A stretch of 63,977 bases of DNA, filler included, from Octopus bimaculoides (lineage: Eukaryota): the NCBI RefSeq assembly GCF_001194135.2. It is 8 parts of 7 records of this genome, joined end to end, with 100 filler letters (N's around TTAATTAATTAA, not from the genome) between each part and the next. Parts side by side here need not be neighbours in the genome. Positions count along the whole stretch, not along the records: positions 10,925 to 20,550 come from NC_069001.1; positions 20,651 to 27,830 come from NC_068982.1; 6 more parts are not named here. One strand, given 5' to 3'. Under the pieces are notes generated by a model. The model did no database searches, was not told the DNA's origin, and saw only the letters and a list, made by a program, of their open reading frames with translations. The translations under genes and the position numbers were made by a program. Below are positions 12,241-25,481 of the stretch, one piece after another (position 1 is the first letter of the stretch; each line of letters starts with the position of its first letter).

Positions 12241-12399
12241 AATATAAAAAAAAAAAGAATTTATTTTGGACTTTAAGGTGTAAAAGAAAAAAGAAAACAA
12301 AGCGAAAATGCTAACAATAACAATAACAAAATTCAAATGGACATTACCTGGATGAAGAAGAAGAAGCCAGCAGGAGATGAACAAGGCGAAAAAGTGTGT

Positions 12400-12548
12400 C
12401 TGCGTTGAAAGAGACATGATTATTTGTTGCGGTACCGGTTTACTCTCTCGGTATTATGCCTCTCTTCCTACTATCCTCCTAAGTCGGTATCGCTGGCGTG
12501 GCAGACAACAAACAACAGCGGTGATGGTAGCGGCGATGACGATGCAGC

Positions 12549-12591
<43 letters not shown>

Positions 12592-13197
12592 GAAACTGCT
12601 GCTGCTACTACTGTTTTCCTTGGAACTGCTGCTGCTGCTACTGCTGCTGCTCTTTATATTATTATTGTTGTTGACGCTGTTGTAGCTGTTGTTGTTGTTG
12701 CTGCTGTTGCTACTGCTACAGATGTGATGGTACTGTTGTTGTCTTTGTTGATATTGACAATGATGATGATGATGATGTTACTGTTGCTGCCCCTGCCGTT
12801 GTTGGTTCTGCTGTAGTTGCTTCTTATTCGGTAACTAGTGATGTTGCTGATGTTGTTGTTGTTGTTGTCCTTGTTGGTGGTGTTGGTGACGAATCTGTTG
12901 GTGGTGATGTGTGTTCTGCTACATTGATGATGGTGACGACGTTGCTGCTGCTGCTGCCGCTAGTGGTGACGATGGCTGTAGTGGTAGAAGTGGTGGTGGT
13001 GGTGGTGTTGGTATTGGTAGCAGTGGTGGTGGAGGAGGTAGTGGTCGCGGTGGTGGTTTGTCGTGATGATGGTGGTACCACGTTCTTTTTTATGCTAGTA
13101 GTATTACGTTGCCTTCCCGCTAGATGTCAATGATGCAGCCGCTGTCCTCAGCGAATCTGATGTCGTCGTCGTCCTCGTCGCTGTCAATATATATACG

Positions 13198-13229
<32 letters not shown>

Positions 13230-15133
13230 GAGAGAGAGAGAGAGAGTTATTGTTATTGTTTATTTTTCTTTTGTTTTATTTTCTTGTTTGTTTAGATTCT
13301 TGTTACAAATGTTGTTGCTGTAGTTGTTGTTCGCGTAACATCAACACCAACAGCAGCACCAGCAGCAGCAGTAGTCACACTAGTTTTATTCTATAGTAGT
13401 AGTAGTAGTAGGAGGCCTTGTTGTGATCCTCGACAACGTTGACAATAAATCAGGCAACAGTCTTTTCTGTTCTACCTGTGTATATATTCTGCAGTCCAGT
13501 TCTGTTATGGTTGTGTGTGTATATATGCGTGTATTCTTCGTTGTGTTTGTGGTTCTTTTGCGTTATATATGTTGTTAGTTATCTAAAGGGTTATGATAAA
13601 TTTGTTTTGCTTTGACTTTTTCGTCTCTAGTCTTAGAATGTGTAAGGTGTTATTTTCTAAAGTATGTATATGTAAGATTCGCGTTTGTGTACTTTTTTCT
13701 AGTTTTAGTTGGTTTGCTTTTTGTTGATTTTTTTTCTTCTGGTTGTGCTGTTTTGTAGTTTTTGCGGTTGTGTTTTTGTTGTTGCGATGCTGTGTTGTGC
13801 ACTGTTTGAGGGTATGTTGCGCTGGGTGCCAGGTGCTAGATGTTTGGTGTTGTGTTATGTTGTGCTGTTATGCTGTGTTGCGCTATGTTGCGTTGTGTTT
13901 TTGTACTGGTGTGTTGCGTGGTTTCCTAGTTGTAGTTGTGCTAAGTTTCTAGTGTGAGCGTATGCGTCTATTACATATATATGTACGTGTTTGTGTGTGT
14001 GTGTGCGTGCTTGAGTCTGTGTGTATGCACGTGGGTTAATCACGCTTGCGTTGTGTGCTGTGTGGCGCTAGTATTTCGCACGAGATTCGTTCCTTGTTAT
14101 ATTGCACAACACTTATCGGTGTGTGTTGTGTTTGAATCCGTTGCGTTGTGTTGTGGTTTCTCATGTTACGTCTCCCCGTCTGTTGTATTCTACCTTTTAT
14201 TCTGCTATCCTCTAAAGCACGATAGGTTGTCATGTTCTTTCAGGTGGAAAGCTTTACGTTTGTTTATTTGTCGCACACTGTTCGGCAACCTTTGTGTTTA
14301 TCTATCACATACGTCTAACAACAGGTGCTTCCTTATTGCTGCTTATGTTAGCGATACTATTCGCACTGTCAACGCCGCTGATGTTGCTGTTGTTGTTAAT
14401 GTCCCTGTCATTGTCACTATTATCATTGTTACTCTTATTATTGTCAACGTCGTTACTCATGTCAGAGTCAGTGAAGTTTACTTGTTTACTACAGAAACTG
14501 TTGGAATTTATTTTATTTATGCGAAAGTTCTGCTGTCTTCTATTTTCCTTTCTTCTTCTTCAGATTATTATAATCATTCTTCCTTTTTTTTTAAATCTTA
14601 TTCTTTCTAAAACTATTCTAACCGCATTCAGCTCTATCTGGCATCGCGTGTGGTTTTATTTTCCTTGTCGTCTTTATTGCTGTTCATGTTTTTCTCAACT
14701 GTTTTTTTTCTTCGTGTACCTATCTTTTTCTTCTACAGTTGATGTTGCCCTTCTTCTTCTTCTTCGTTTACTTCCTCGTTCTCGTCTTCTTTTTTTTTCA
14801 GTTTACGCGGCTCGATTCTTCGCTTTAATTTCTTCTGTCATCATTATTATTATTATTCATACTCATTGTCATTTTTGTTGTTGCTGTTGATTCCGTTGTT
14901 GTTGTCACTGGAAGTTGTTCCTGTTTTGTTGGGTGGTAATTGTAGTTTACTGTGTGCATCAGGCCGTTTTACTTTTATTATTATTATTACTACTACTACT
15001 ACTACTACTACAACTACTACTACTGCTATTACTACAAATACTATTATTTCATCTTGGTTTTCTTTTAACTCGTTTGCTTTTCTTTATTCTTCACTTTAAT
15101 TATTCGTCTTACTTCAAAACATTTGCAGTGCCG

Positions 15134-15182
<49 letters not shown>

Positions 15183-15560
15183 CAGTAGTAGTAATAGTAG
15201 TAGTAGTAGCAGTAGTGTTTATTGTTGTTGTCGTATTGCTAATCGGAGAGAGAAAAAGGGGGAGGGTTATAATAGCAGCGTTTATCTTCAAATTATTTCT
15301 TAAGCACTCCACCCCCTACCACCACGCACGCACACGCACATTGTTATAAAAGGAAGCAGAAGAAATGACCAAGGTGGACATGTCTCGTTAACGACCGTCG
15401 CAGTCTCATTTCCTGATTGATGTTGTTGCTGCTATAGTTTTCACATTTTTGTAGCCGTTGTTGTTGCTGTTGTTGTTATTGTTGTCCTCCCCGCTGTTGT
15501 TGTTGTCATCTTCCCCGCCGTTTTTATCGTTGTTTTTGTTGGTAGTGGTGGTCATGGCGG
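12400..15560. repeat. Cluster of degenerate trinucleotide (CTA/GTT/GAT/GGT/GTA) and dinucleotide microsatellites
   Basis: Visible triplet runs; the ORFs here are homopolymeric (L/T/V runs). Confidence 0.8.
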
Positions 15561-16227
15561 TGGTAGTGATGTAATTTTGTCGCAGTTACATATACCGAGA
15601 GATATACCTAAAGATAAGGGAATTGCGTAATGGGTGTATGTGTGTGTACATGCGTGTATCTTTTGTGTTTCTGTGTGTGCATGTGTGTATTTGCGAATTT
15701 TTATCTGTCTACATATCTATGTGCATGTGTTTATGCCTGTATTTACATACATCTCTGTAAACGTATATATATATATATATATACGCACATGTCTATGTAT
15801 GTGCGAGTGTGTGAGTATGTGTGTGGTGTATGTATGCGATGACTTGCATGTGTGTATGTGTGCCGTAAAGGAAACCGAAGGAGAGAGAATAAAAGAGATA
15901 AGAGGAAGACAGAGAAGAGGAGAAGAAGATGAAGAAGAATGAAATTAAGAAAAGAAAGAACGCAAAAGTGAAAAAAAACGAAAGAAAGAATATATTAATA
16001 AATTGATAACAGAATAAAAGTAAGAAGGAAATATTGGAAAGAAGAATGAATTAAAGAATCAAAATAAGAAAAAGAAATATTGAAAGAAAAAACGAGAGAA
16101 AAGCCACGAAGACAGGCAGGCAGGCAGGCAGGTAGGTAGGTAGGTAGGTAGGTAGGTAGGTAGATAGATAGATAGATAGGTTAGAAGGTGAATAGATAGA
16201 TAGATAGGTTAGAAGGTAGGTAGGTGA

Positions 16228-16275
<48 letters not shown>

Positions 16276-18556
16276 GAAGAAATCAAAAGAAAAAAAGAAA
16301 AGTAAAAATAGTTGGAAGTGAAAGAGCTGTACTTAACGGCAAAAGTACTTCGAAAGAAATGCAGAAAAGTTGGATCAGTTCTGGGTGGCGCTGGTGTTGT
16401 TTTTATTGTTGTTGCTGCCGCTTCTGCTGCTACTGCCGATGTTATTGTTGATGATGCTGTTACCGTTGTCCTTCTTTAGTTTTACCTTTTGTGTGAACCC
16501 TGGTCGATCGAACCGACCAATGGTCAAAGGAAAGATATTCCAGCCAACCGTGACCATCGCGTCTATTTTTTTTTTATATCAAGCAACCGACAACTTATAT
16601 CGTTTCAATCCGACCTTCTTTTTCTTTTTTGGTTTCCTTTAAGACGATGCTAACATGTGATTTTTGAGGAAGCTGTGGCTGCCATTTCTAGTAGGTCAGC
16701 CGACCACATAGAGGCATCTTCATTGGTTCATATTTGTAGTTATGGTTCTTTTTGTTGTTGTTGTATTTAGTTGCTGTTATTGTTCATCATGTTGGAGTTG
16801 TTTTGTGGGGGGGCGGGGATATTTGGGGGGTTTCTATTGCTTCTTCTTTTGCCTAGACACCTCCTATACCCACTACTCCTCCCCTTCCCCATTACTGCTG
16901 CTGGTGCTGCGGCTATTACCTCTTCATATATTCTTTGTTGCTGTTACTGTTGTTGGTGCTGCTACTAACGTGACATAACTTTCTCCCTGTCTGTCTATCT
17001 TTCTCTCCCTCCCTCTCTCTCTCTCTCTCTTTCTCATCCCACCTCTTTTCGTCTCCCATTCTCTAATCCACATCTCGCCCATCCTCTTCTCTTCTCTCTC
17101 TTCTTCTTCCCTCCCTTTCTCCTCTCATTCCACCCGAGACCACCCTACCCGACCCTAGCCCATCCGAACTCACCCATCACATCCTTTCCCCACCACCTCC
17201 TCCTCCTCCTCCATCACCTTCTCCCCCTCCCCATCCTCATCCTCTTCCTCATCCTCTCACTCTTATTAAATATCGCCAAATGTAGAATATTAATTCTTAA
17301 CGGAATTGGTGATGGAATTACTCGTTTCCAAATTTAATATTCCCTTCTCCACAACATCGATATTTATTCATATTTACATCTTTATACCAGGATGTGTTTT
17401 CTCTTGCAGCATCCTGTTTTAGAGGTTTCTTCTTTTTCTCTTTCCTTTTCCGTAACCAGTCACCTACTCGATGGCGAGGTTATAAAGCTAAAACAAAATA
17501 TGTAATAACAAAAATAAAAGGGAAATTGGTCACGTTCCCTTCCGTCATCCGTTGCTCAGTTATTTACTCTGAAAAATGTTGAAACGAAAAAGGGGGAAAT
17601 GCGATGTGGCCTCGTTTTTTCCCCTTCATCCTTTGCACATTTAGTTCCCGTAAAAGAAATGTGAAAATTTTATGAAACTAAAAATAAGTGGAAATTTTAA
17701 CGGTGAGTGTGTTAAATTTTAAGGCACGNNNNNNNNNNNNNNNNNNNNNNNNNNNNNNNNNNNNNNNNNNNNNNNNNNNNNNNNNNNNNNNNNNNNNNNN
17801 NNNNNNNNNNNNNNNNNNNNNNNNNNNNGGATCAACTGGAACCCTCGACGTCGTAAGCGACGGAGTGCCAACAACCCACGTGGAATGCAGCCCCAATGTT
17901 TGTTTTTTTTTATACTTTGTTTCTTATTTCCTGTGATTATATATAAATGTGTATAAATGTGGCTGTGTGGTAAGAAGATTGCTTTCCAACCACATGGTTC
18001 CGGGTTCAATCCCACTGCGTGGCAACTTGGGCAAGTATTTTCCACTATAGCCTCGGGCCGACCAAAGCCTTGTGAGTGAATATGGTAGACAGAAACTGAA
18101 AGAAACCCGTCGCGTATGTGTTCGGTGTAACAAGCAACTAGAAAAATTACGAATTATCTTTGGTACAATAATCTATAGAACAATATTTTAATAATGACAC
18201 TAACCATGTTCTGAATAATTCAAACGATTCTGTACTCAAAGAGAGACCGCTCATACTTTTTAAATAAATATGAATCTAACATGGAAGAGGTCGAGCACAT
18301 ACACACAGACACACATATATATATATATATATATANNNNNNNNNNNNNNNNNNNNNNNNNNNNNNNNNNNNNNNNNNNNNNNNNNNNNNNNNNNNNNNNN
18401 NNNNNNNNNNNNNNNNNNNNNNNNNNNNNNNNNNNNNNNNNNNNNNNNNNNNNNNNNNNNNNNNNNNNNNNNNNNNNNNNNNNNNNNNNNNNNNNNNNNN
18501 NNNNNNNNNNNNNNNNNNNNNNNNNNNNNNNNNNNNNNNNNNNNNNNATGCGAAAG

Positions 18557-18667
18557 ACTTGGTTGCTATCTCTTGCAAACCCTGCTACCATGTAACATGT
18601 ATTTCCGATCCTTTATCGTAAACAGCTGTTACGTGGTAGCAGGACATGCTAGAAATAGCAGCCAAAT
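18557..18667. repeat. Short inverted repeat (arms of about 41 bp)
   Basis: acttggttgctatctcttgcaaaccctgctaccatgtaaca versus tgttacgtggtagcaggacatgctagaaatagcagccaaat. Confidence 0.7.
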
Positions 18668-19321
18668 CCTTTGAGATGAGATACGTTGAATGCACTCGAA
18701 AGAAACCTATGGGGAAAAATACTATTTAACACCGAGGTTACGAAAGTGCCTTTTCGAAATACCGTAGTTTTAAAGTCATTTCACTTTAAAATATATTTTG
18801 GATATACCAAAAAAAAAAAAATGTTCTAATGGTATTCACTTAAAAATAATTTTTAAAAACATTAAAATATTGTCTGTCTAAAGAAAGCTAAAATATAAAT
18901 ACTTACTGTAAAAACAACTTACATTTTTGAAATCACATTCACTTAAAATTATTCCTAAGAGATTAAAATATTATATTTAACAAAAGCGAAAATAGAAACA
19001 TTTACTGTAAAATACTCAGAAAGATAAGAGTTTCTTCCGTTTCAGGATGAAGATGATATTTGCAATATTTTCCCATTATGCATAGTTGTGGTTACTTATT
19101 CCCGAAAACCTCTAATATCTCTAAATCTACTTGTCCGATCTACGCGAAACTTTTTTGTTCACTTCGTACTAACATTTCTGGGTAAACTTAATTCAAAGTA
19201 TTTTTCCGTTATGTGCTAGTTTGGGTAACATTGCAAGCAAGCAAGCAAGATACGAACAGACGTTTAATGTTTTATAGTTAACATTTTATTATTCTTTACT
19301 GTGATTTACAGTTTTAAATAT

Positions 19322-20280
19322 AGCGGAGGTGCGTTGAAAACCATTTGATATTTACAAAGAATGTATAGCCAATTTAAGAATAACACCATGTGTATTTCCT
19401 TGTGTTGGTGTTTAGACTTGTACCAGAACTTTCTCACGAAAACTGTGACCAACGAGATGTCAACCATTTTCTTGTACGAGATTGTGTAGAAATGTTTCCC
19501 GGAATAGTTACGTTAAACAAAAGATAACTTATTTACATAAGCTTCAACATCATCTTCTTCGAAGTAGCCACCTTGTGCAGTAATACAGCGGTCCCTGCAT
19601 TCCTGTTATTTTTGGTATCTGGCCTGCAAGTCGTTTTCCGCAAGCGAGTTGAGAACCTTCTGTGATTCGCTTTGGATCTTGGCAACAGTGTCACAATTGC
19701 GACCTTTGAGCTGCATTTCCATGTTGGGGAACAAAATGAAGTCCACTGAATCTGGCGAATACGATGTGAGGAAACGATACAATTTTCATTTTGGCAAGAA
19801 ACTCATGAGTGAGTGATGCTTGGTGGAGACTCCAATTCTTTTGCCTAATGCCCTCTGTGAAACGCTTCAAAACGTTGCAGTAGAACTCTTGTTTGACAGC
19901 CAGGCCCTGAGGTCGAATTCCCGATGCACAATACCACATTCCCAGTGATGGCACTCGTGAAAGGTCATCTGGATCGCTCATAATCTTCCAGGGACGTTCT
20001 TTGGTTTTTGAAGCGCCTGCGCCACTCGAGAGACTGCGTACGACCCATTGCCTCGACGCTATAGGCTTGCCGAAGTATGCTCAATGCATCTGTAGCGGAA
20101 TTCTCAAGTTTAGTGCAAGATTTCACGTTGGCTCTTTGTTCCAACTTCTTGTCCATGACAAACTTACAGACTGCAGCATACAGGTGATCATGAAAGCACA
20201 AATTTCACAACTTGGGAAGTAAACGGAGCAATGTCACAGCATACACTGCCTCGTGAACATCACTCCTAGCTTTCAACGCG
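19322..20280 (-). mobile_element. Internally deleted Tc1/mariner transposon (mariner transposase pseudogene)
   Basis: N-terminal HTH EQRANVKSCTKLENSATDALSILRQAYSVEAMGRTQSLEWRRRFKNQRTSLED, and C-terminal YCNVLKRFTEGIRQK...LTHEFLAKMKIVS..PH...FVPQ-like motifs with frameshifts. A TIR-like GAGGTGCGTTGAAAA lies at about 19327. Confidence 0.85.
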
Positions 20281-20468
20281 CAGGCAGCCACGTGCTGTCA
20301 ACCTTTTGCGTGCTGCCGTCTTAATATATATATATATATATATATATATAAAGACAGATATGGCCGGTCAATAGCGCATCCATCAATGGTTTCGCATCCA
20401 TAAGGCGCTTATCTTTACAGCGCCTTGTCAAAACCTAATCTATGTATATACATATACATATATCTACG

Positions 20469-20550
<82 letters not shown>

Positions 20551-21417
20551 NNNNNNNNNNNNNNNNNNNNNNNNNNNNNNNNNNNNNNNNNNNNTTAATT
20601 AATTAANNNNNNNNNNNNNNNNNNNNNNNNNNNNNNNNNNNNNNNNNNNNCTCCTCGTTTATCTCCCTTGTACCTTTCCCTTTGTCTCTTTGATTTTTTC
20701 AAATCCTTCAATCTCACTGCCCCCACCCCTCTCTCCACCTTCCACGTGACCGGTGTCCGGCCAGCCATGATCTTTCTTTCTTGATCTGACTGCCGACCGG
20801 CAACACCTCCTATGTCCATTTCCTATGTTCTTGCCTTAAGGCTTTCACTTTATACACGCCAGCTCAATTTGATTCGTCCTCAGTCGAAAGACATCTGTTG
20901 TTATATTCTTGTTGTTTGTATTTGTAACTGTGTACCATGTTCTCTGTCTTCTTTTTGTTGTTTTTTTGTCTTTGTTGCCGTCGACATTCGATAGCTTTCT
21001 TACAAAAAAATTTAATACTCTTAGCTTAGACTTTTTGGGGGGCAACCAGATCAAACAGACTCAAGTGTAACTGCCCGAAACTGTAAGGACATTTGGTAAC
21101 TTAACTGAAGAAAGAAGGCCACGAATGACCCATCCTTTTTTCCCCCCTGTCCTTCTAATTGTTGTTTTCCCTGTCCGCTTTTGTATCGTCTATCTGTCCG
21201 AATGTGTTTTATTGCCCTCTATTGCGCTAAAGCTTGGAGCACTACAGGTTGGTGCACTGTAACAATATTGTAATGACTAATATTACAATCAGCTTCTTAG
21301 TTCTTTATTGCCCACAAGGAGCTAAGCATAGAGGGGACAAACAAGGACAGACAGAGTGATTAAGTCGATTACATCGACCCCAGTGTGTAACTGGTACTTA
21401 ATTTATATATAATAATA

Positions 21418-22520
21418 TTATTAGGGACAAAATCCAAAATTACAGGTAAAAAACTCAATTAAAATCAATTTATAAAAAATTAAAATTAAATTGAGCCTTA
21501 TAGATAAAGTATATATAAAATATATATAGTTTTAGGGAAAAATTTGGATAAGTACTGTTTTCACTTTGCTAAAGATTTTCTACTATTTGAAAATAATATG
21601 TATTCTTGTTTTTATACTATTCATTTGGTTCTTTATAGATTATTTTAATAGATAACTTNNNNNNNNNNNNNNNNNNNNNNNNNNNNNNNNNNNNNNNNNN
21701 NNNNNNNNNNNNNNNNNNNNNNNNNNNNNNNNNNNNNNNNNNNNNNNNNNNNNNNNNNNNNNNNNNNNNNNNNNNNNNNNNNNNNNNNNNNNNNNNNNNN
21801 NNNNNNNNNNNNNNNNNNNNNNNNNNNNNNNNNNNNNNNNNNNNNNNNNNNNNNNNNNNNNNNNNNNNNNNNNNNNNNNNNNNNNNNNNNNNNNNNNNNN
21901 NNNNNNNNNNNNNNNNNNNNNNNNNNNNNNNNNNNNNNNNNNNNNNNNNNNNNNNNNNNNNNNNNNNNNNNNNNNNNNNNNNNNNNNNNNNNNNNNNNNN
22001 NNNNNNNNNNNNNNNNNNNNNNNNNNNNNNNNNNNNNNNNNNNNNNNNNNNNNNNNNNNNNNNNNNNNNNNNNNNNNNNNNNNNNNNNNNNNNNNNNNNN
22101 NNNNNNNNNNNNNNNNNNNNNNNNNNNNNNNNNNNNNNNNNNNNNNNNNNNNNNNNNNNNNNNNNNNNNNNNNNNNNNNNNNATATAATAAGTATTTCAT
22201 ATTAATTCATTTGGTACTTATTGTTGGTTGAGATATATATCTAATTATTGTTCTACTTACGATCTGACGAGTAGCTATATTTTTGAATAGAACTTATTTT
22301 CGATAATTTCAATTGATTTTAATCGATTTAAATTTCTTTTCTATTTGAAAATTGGTTATGAAACACGTGTAATCTTTTTATTATATTTATCTTATGATAT
22401 TTACTTTACTTTATATTATACTCATTTATTGTGCTTTTAATTATTAATTTTTCTATATGTGATAGTGGATTTTCATCGATGAGTTCTTGAAAATTGGTTA
22501 TTTTCCCTAAAACTATATAT
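21418..22520. mobile_element. Penelope-like pseudo-LTR modules in inverted (tail-out) arrangement around a gap
   Basis: The terminal motif TTTT(T/G)(C/T)CCCTAA(AAC)TA appears on the minus strand at 21418 and 21530 and on the plus strand at about 22500. Segment 22380-22520 is the reverse complement of 30520-30670, which adjoins a PLE ORF. A hammerhead motif lies at 22261-22374. Confidence 0.55.
22261..22374 (+). ncRNA. Type I hammerhead ribozyme motif (PLE-type) with long stem II
   Basis: GAU|CUGACGA|stem II (guagcua..auuuuugaauagaa paired with uucuauuugaaaau..ugguuau)|GAAAC-ACGU-GUA^AUC. Stem I is GAU/AUC and the stem III loop is palindromic. Confidence 0.6.
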
Positions 22521-22810
22521 ATATATATACATATATATTAATAAAGTTTGTTTGGTAAGACTGACATGTCAGTCTGTTATAGTCTCTATAGTCACATCCT
22601 CGTCCCTCGACTAACCCTACAAAGATTTTAGCATTCCAATGAATAATAAATAAATAAATAAATAAAAAATATGACGCTGATTGTCTGCTGGTATGTGTTT
22701 GTGTATGTACGTGTATGCGTGCGTGTAAATGTATGACACTGTGTGTTTGTGTGTGTACGCGTAACTGTATTAGACTATGTGTTTGTGATCGTACGTAACT
22801 GCATGAGACT

Positions 22811-22857
<47 letters not shown>

Positions 22858-23104
22858 TGTGTGTGTGTGTGTGTGTATGAGTTGGCATCTGTGTACGTTT
22901 GTGCAAGAATATAAGACTATAATTGTCTGCTGATAATTGTGCATCTGTGTGTGTTTATATATGTACGCATGCGTGTATGTATAAAACGAACAGAGTGCAT
23001 TGCACGTAACAATATGCGACTGTGTTTGAGTGTGTATGTGTGTATGTCGTTATCTGTGTATGTTTGTGTAACAACAGATTGTGCAATTGTCGGCTGGTAT
23101 CTGC

Positions 23105-23445
23105 TGGTGCGTGGCTTAAAGGTTAGGGTATTTGGCTCAAGATCGTGAGTTCGAAAACCAGCAGCGCGTTGTTACACGATACCCCTTCAGTCCACTCAGC
23201 TGGCAAAAGTGAGTTGTACCCGTAATTCACAAGGGACAGCCTTGTATATAAATAAATATATGTGTATGTAAGTGTATGTGCGCGTGTATTTATGTACATG
23301 TGCGTCTGTATGTGCATATATTTATACATGAAGGTGCGTGGCTTAGTGGTTAAGGTATTCAGCTCACGATAGTCAGATGGTGCGCTCGATTCCCGGAAGT
23401 GCGTTGTGCCCTTGAGTCAGATACTTTATTTTACGTTGCTCTAGT
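23105..23445 (+). mobile_element. Two partial tRNA-derived SINE family E copies (CORE-like body)
   Basis: Heads GGTGCGTGGCTTA(G/A)(T/A)GGTTA(G/A)GGTATT with B-box G(A/C)(G/T)TCGA, followed by GTGCCCTTGAG...ACTTTATTTTACGTTGCTC and CAGTCCACTCAGCTGGCAAAA. Confidence 0.6.
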
Positions 23446-23641
23446 CTATAATATAAATTGAAGTTGGCCGACCATTGTATTCTTTCTTGTCTTGAGGTTC
23501 ACGGCCAAACGGCTGGGTGGATTCACGTGAAAAATGGCACACATGTGGAGACGGGTGCATAGATTGGAATGCACTTTCTATGTATGTGAGTGCGTGCCAC
23601 ATCATTCAAACAGACCGGGTGAAACCGGGTTTAGCTGCTAG
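23445..23641 (+). mobile_element. Non-autonomous Helitron-like element
   Basis: Starts TCTATAATATAAATT and ends with the GC-rich hairpin CCGGGTGAAACCGGG, 7-8 nt before CTAG|T. It interrupts a SINE E copy. Confidence 0.6.
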
Positions 23642-25446
23642 TATATATATAAAACAAACGTTGAATAGGTGTCAATTCATGAATTGACACCTGTCCATCT
23701 TTTGTTATTTATCTATTTATGAGTCACCTATCTCGTAACCTGCTTCTCGCGTGTTCCAAAGTATAATATGGACCGTATATTTAATACAATGTGCGTTTCT
23801 GAATTAGCACAAGAGCTGATGATATAGTCAGTTGGGTTCAATCAATTGTATACGTAACCGGAATATCTTTCTGCCTTTACTCCGGTGCCAATGTTTGTAT
23901 TCGTCTATAATTGCTGTGTATGCATTTTAATTTTGACCTGACCCAGTGCCTTACCATTTAAGCGCCTTATTCAGCTGAATCTGTATACATACATACATGT
24001 TGTTGTTGGCACTCCGTCGCTTACGACGTCCAGGGTTCCAGTTGATCCGATCAACGGAACTGCCTGCTCGTGAAATTAACGTGCAAGTGGCTGAGCACTC
24101 CACAGACACGTGTACCCTTAACGTAGTTCTCGGGGAGATTCAGCGTGACACAGTGTGACAAGGCTGACCCTTTGAATTACAAGCACAGCAGAAACAGGAA
24201 GTAAGAGTGAGAGAAAGTTGTGGCGAAAGAGTACAGCAGGGTTCACCACCATCTCCTNNNNNNNNNNNNNNNNNNNNNNNNNNNNNNNNNNNNNNNNNNN
24301 NNNNNNNNNNNNNNNNNNNNNNNNNNNNNNNNNNNNNNNNNNNNNNNNNNNNNNNNNNNNNNNNNNNNNNNNNNNNNNNNNNNNNNNNNNNNNNNNNNNN
24401 NNNNNNNNNNNNNNNNNNNNNNNNNNNNNNNNNNNNNNNTATATATATACACACACACACACATCATTATTTGTAGAATTCATTTATATCAACGTATTTC
24501 AATATCAAAAGGACCAAGATATGCACATCTGTGTATATAACGTATAAAAACACTTCTACGTATATCCATGCTTATATGCACATTTTCAAACACATGTACG
24601 TGAACACATCACTATACATATACATATAGATATATACGTATATGAAATTATATACCCATACACACCAACACGCAGTTTCACGATCTGCTGTACGTTCCAG
24701 ATCCAACATAAGGAAGGTCCCAGGTGAGGTATTTACATAAAGAAAGGCACAATTGGGTTAAGGTTCACGACAGCTGAAACAGACGTAGTGAACATTAACA
24801 CATTTGTGTTCTTTTTTTGATATACATACATACATACATACATACATATNNNNNNNNNNNNNNNNNNNNNNNNNNNNNNNNNNNNNNNNNNNNTATAAGT
24901 ATGTGTGTGTATACACGCATAGACACAGGCACACACACATATACATATATATACAAGTGATATAAGTGTGTGTGTATACACACATAGACATATCTATGCA
25001 TGCATACTTACATATCACACACACACACACACACAAACACGCATACATATCTATACATATATTTATCTAAATCTATGTATGTCAATACGTGCATCCATAC
25101 ATGTGTGTATACGTGTTTTTGTGCGTACATCCCATAAACATTTTTCTGTATACCCATACATAGACACATATCTATACATACGCATGTGCGTGTATATGAA
25201 TGCATGTATCTATGTATTTATGTATGTATGCCGTATATATATATATGCATACATATATATACACTAACATACAAAAATGGCGCACAAACATACACCATCT
25301 AATTAGCTGGCTTCAGCATTTGACAGTTCTCCAAATACCACTTTGATGGGAGAAAAGAGTTCAGTGTATATATACTTGTTTGAAAGGAATACATACATAC
25401 ATACATACATACATACATACATACACACACGCATACATACACACAC

Positions 25447-25481
<35 letters not shown>

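Noticed and set aside
11414-15349. Numerous S/L/F/T/V-rich ORFs, including the mucin-like 12824-13081 and an Asn-rich minus-strand frame at about 14300-14560
   Set aside because: These arise from low-complexity repeats. The Asn-rich frame is closed by stops on both sides with no usable splice sites.
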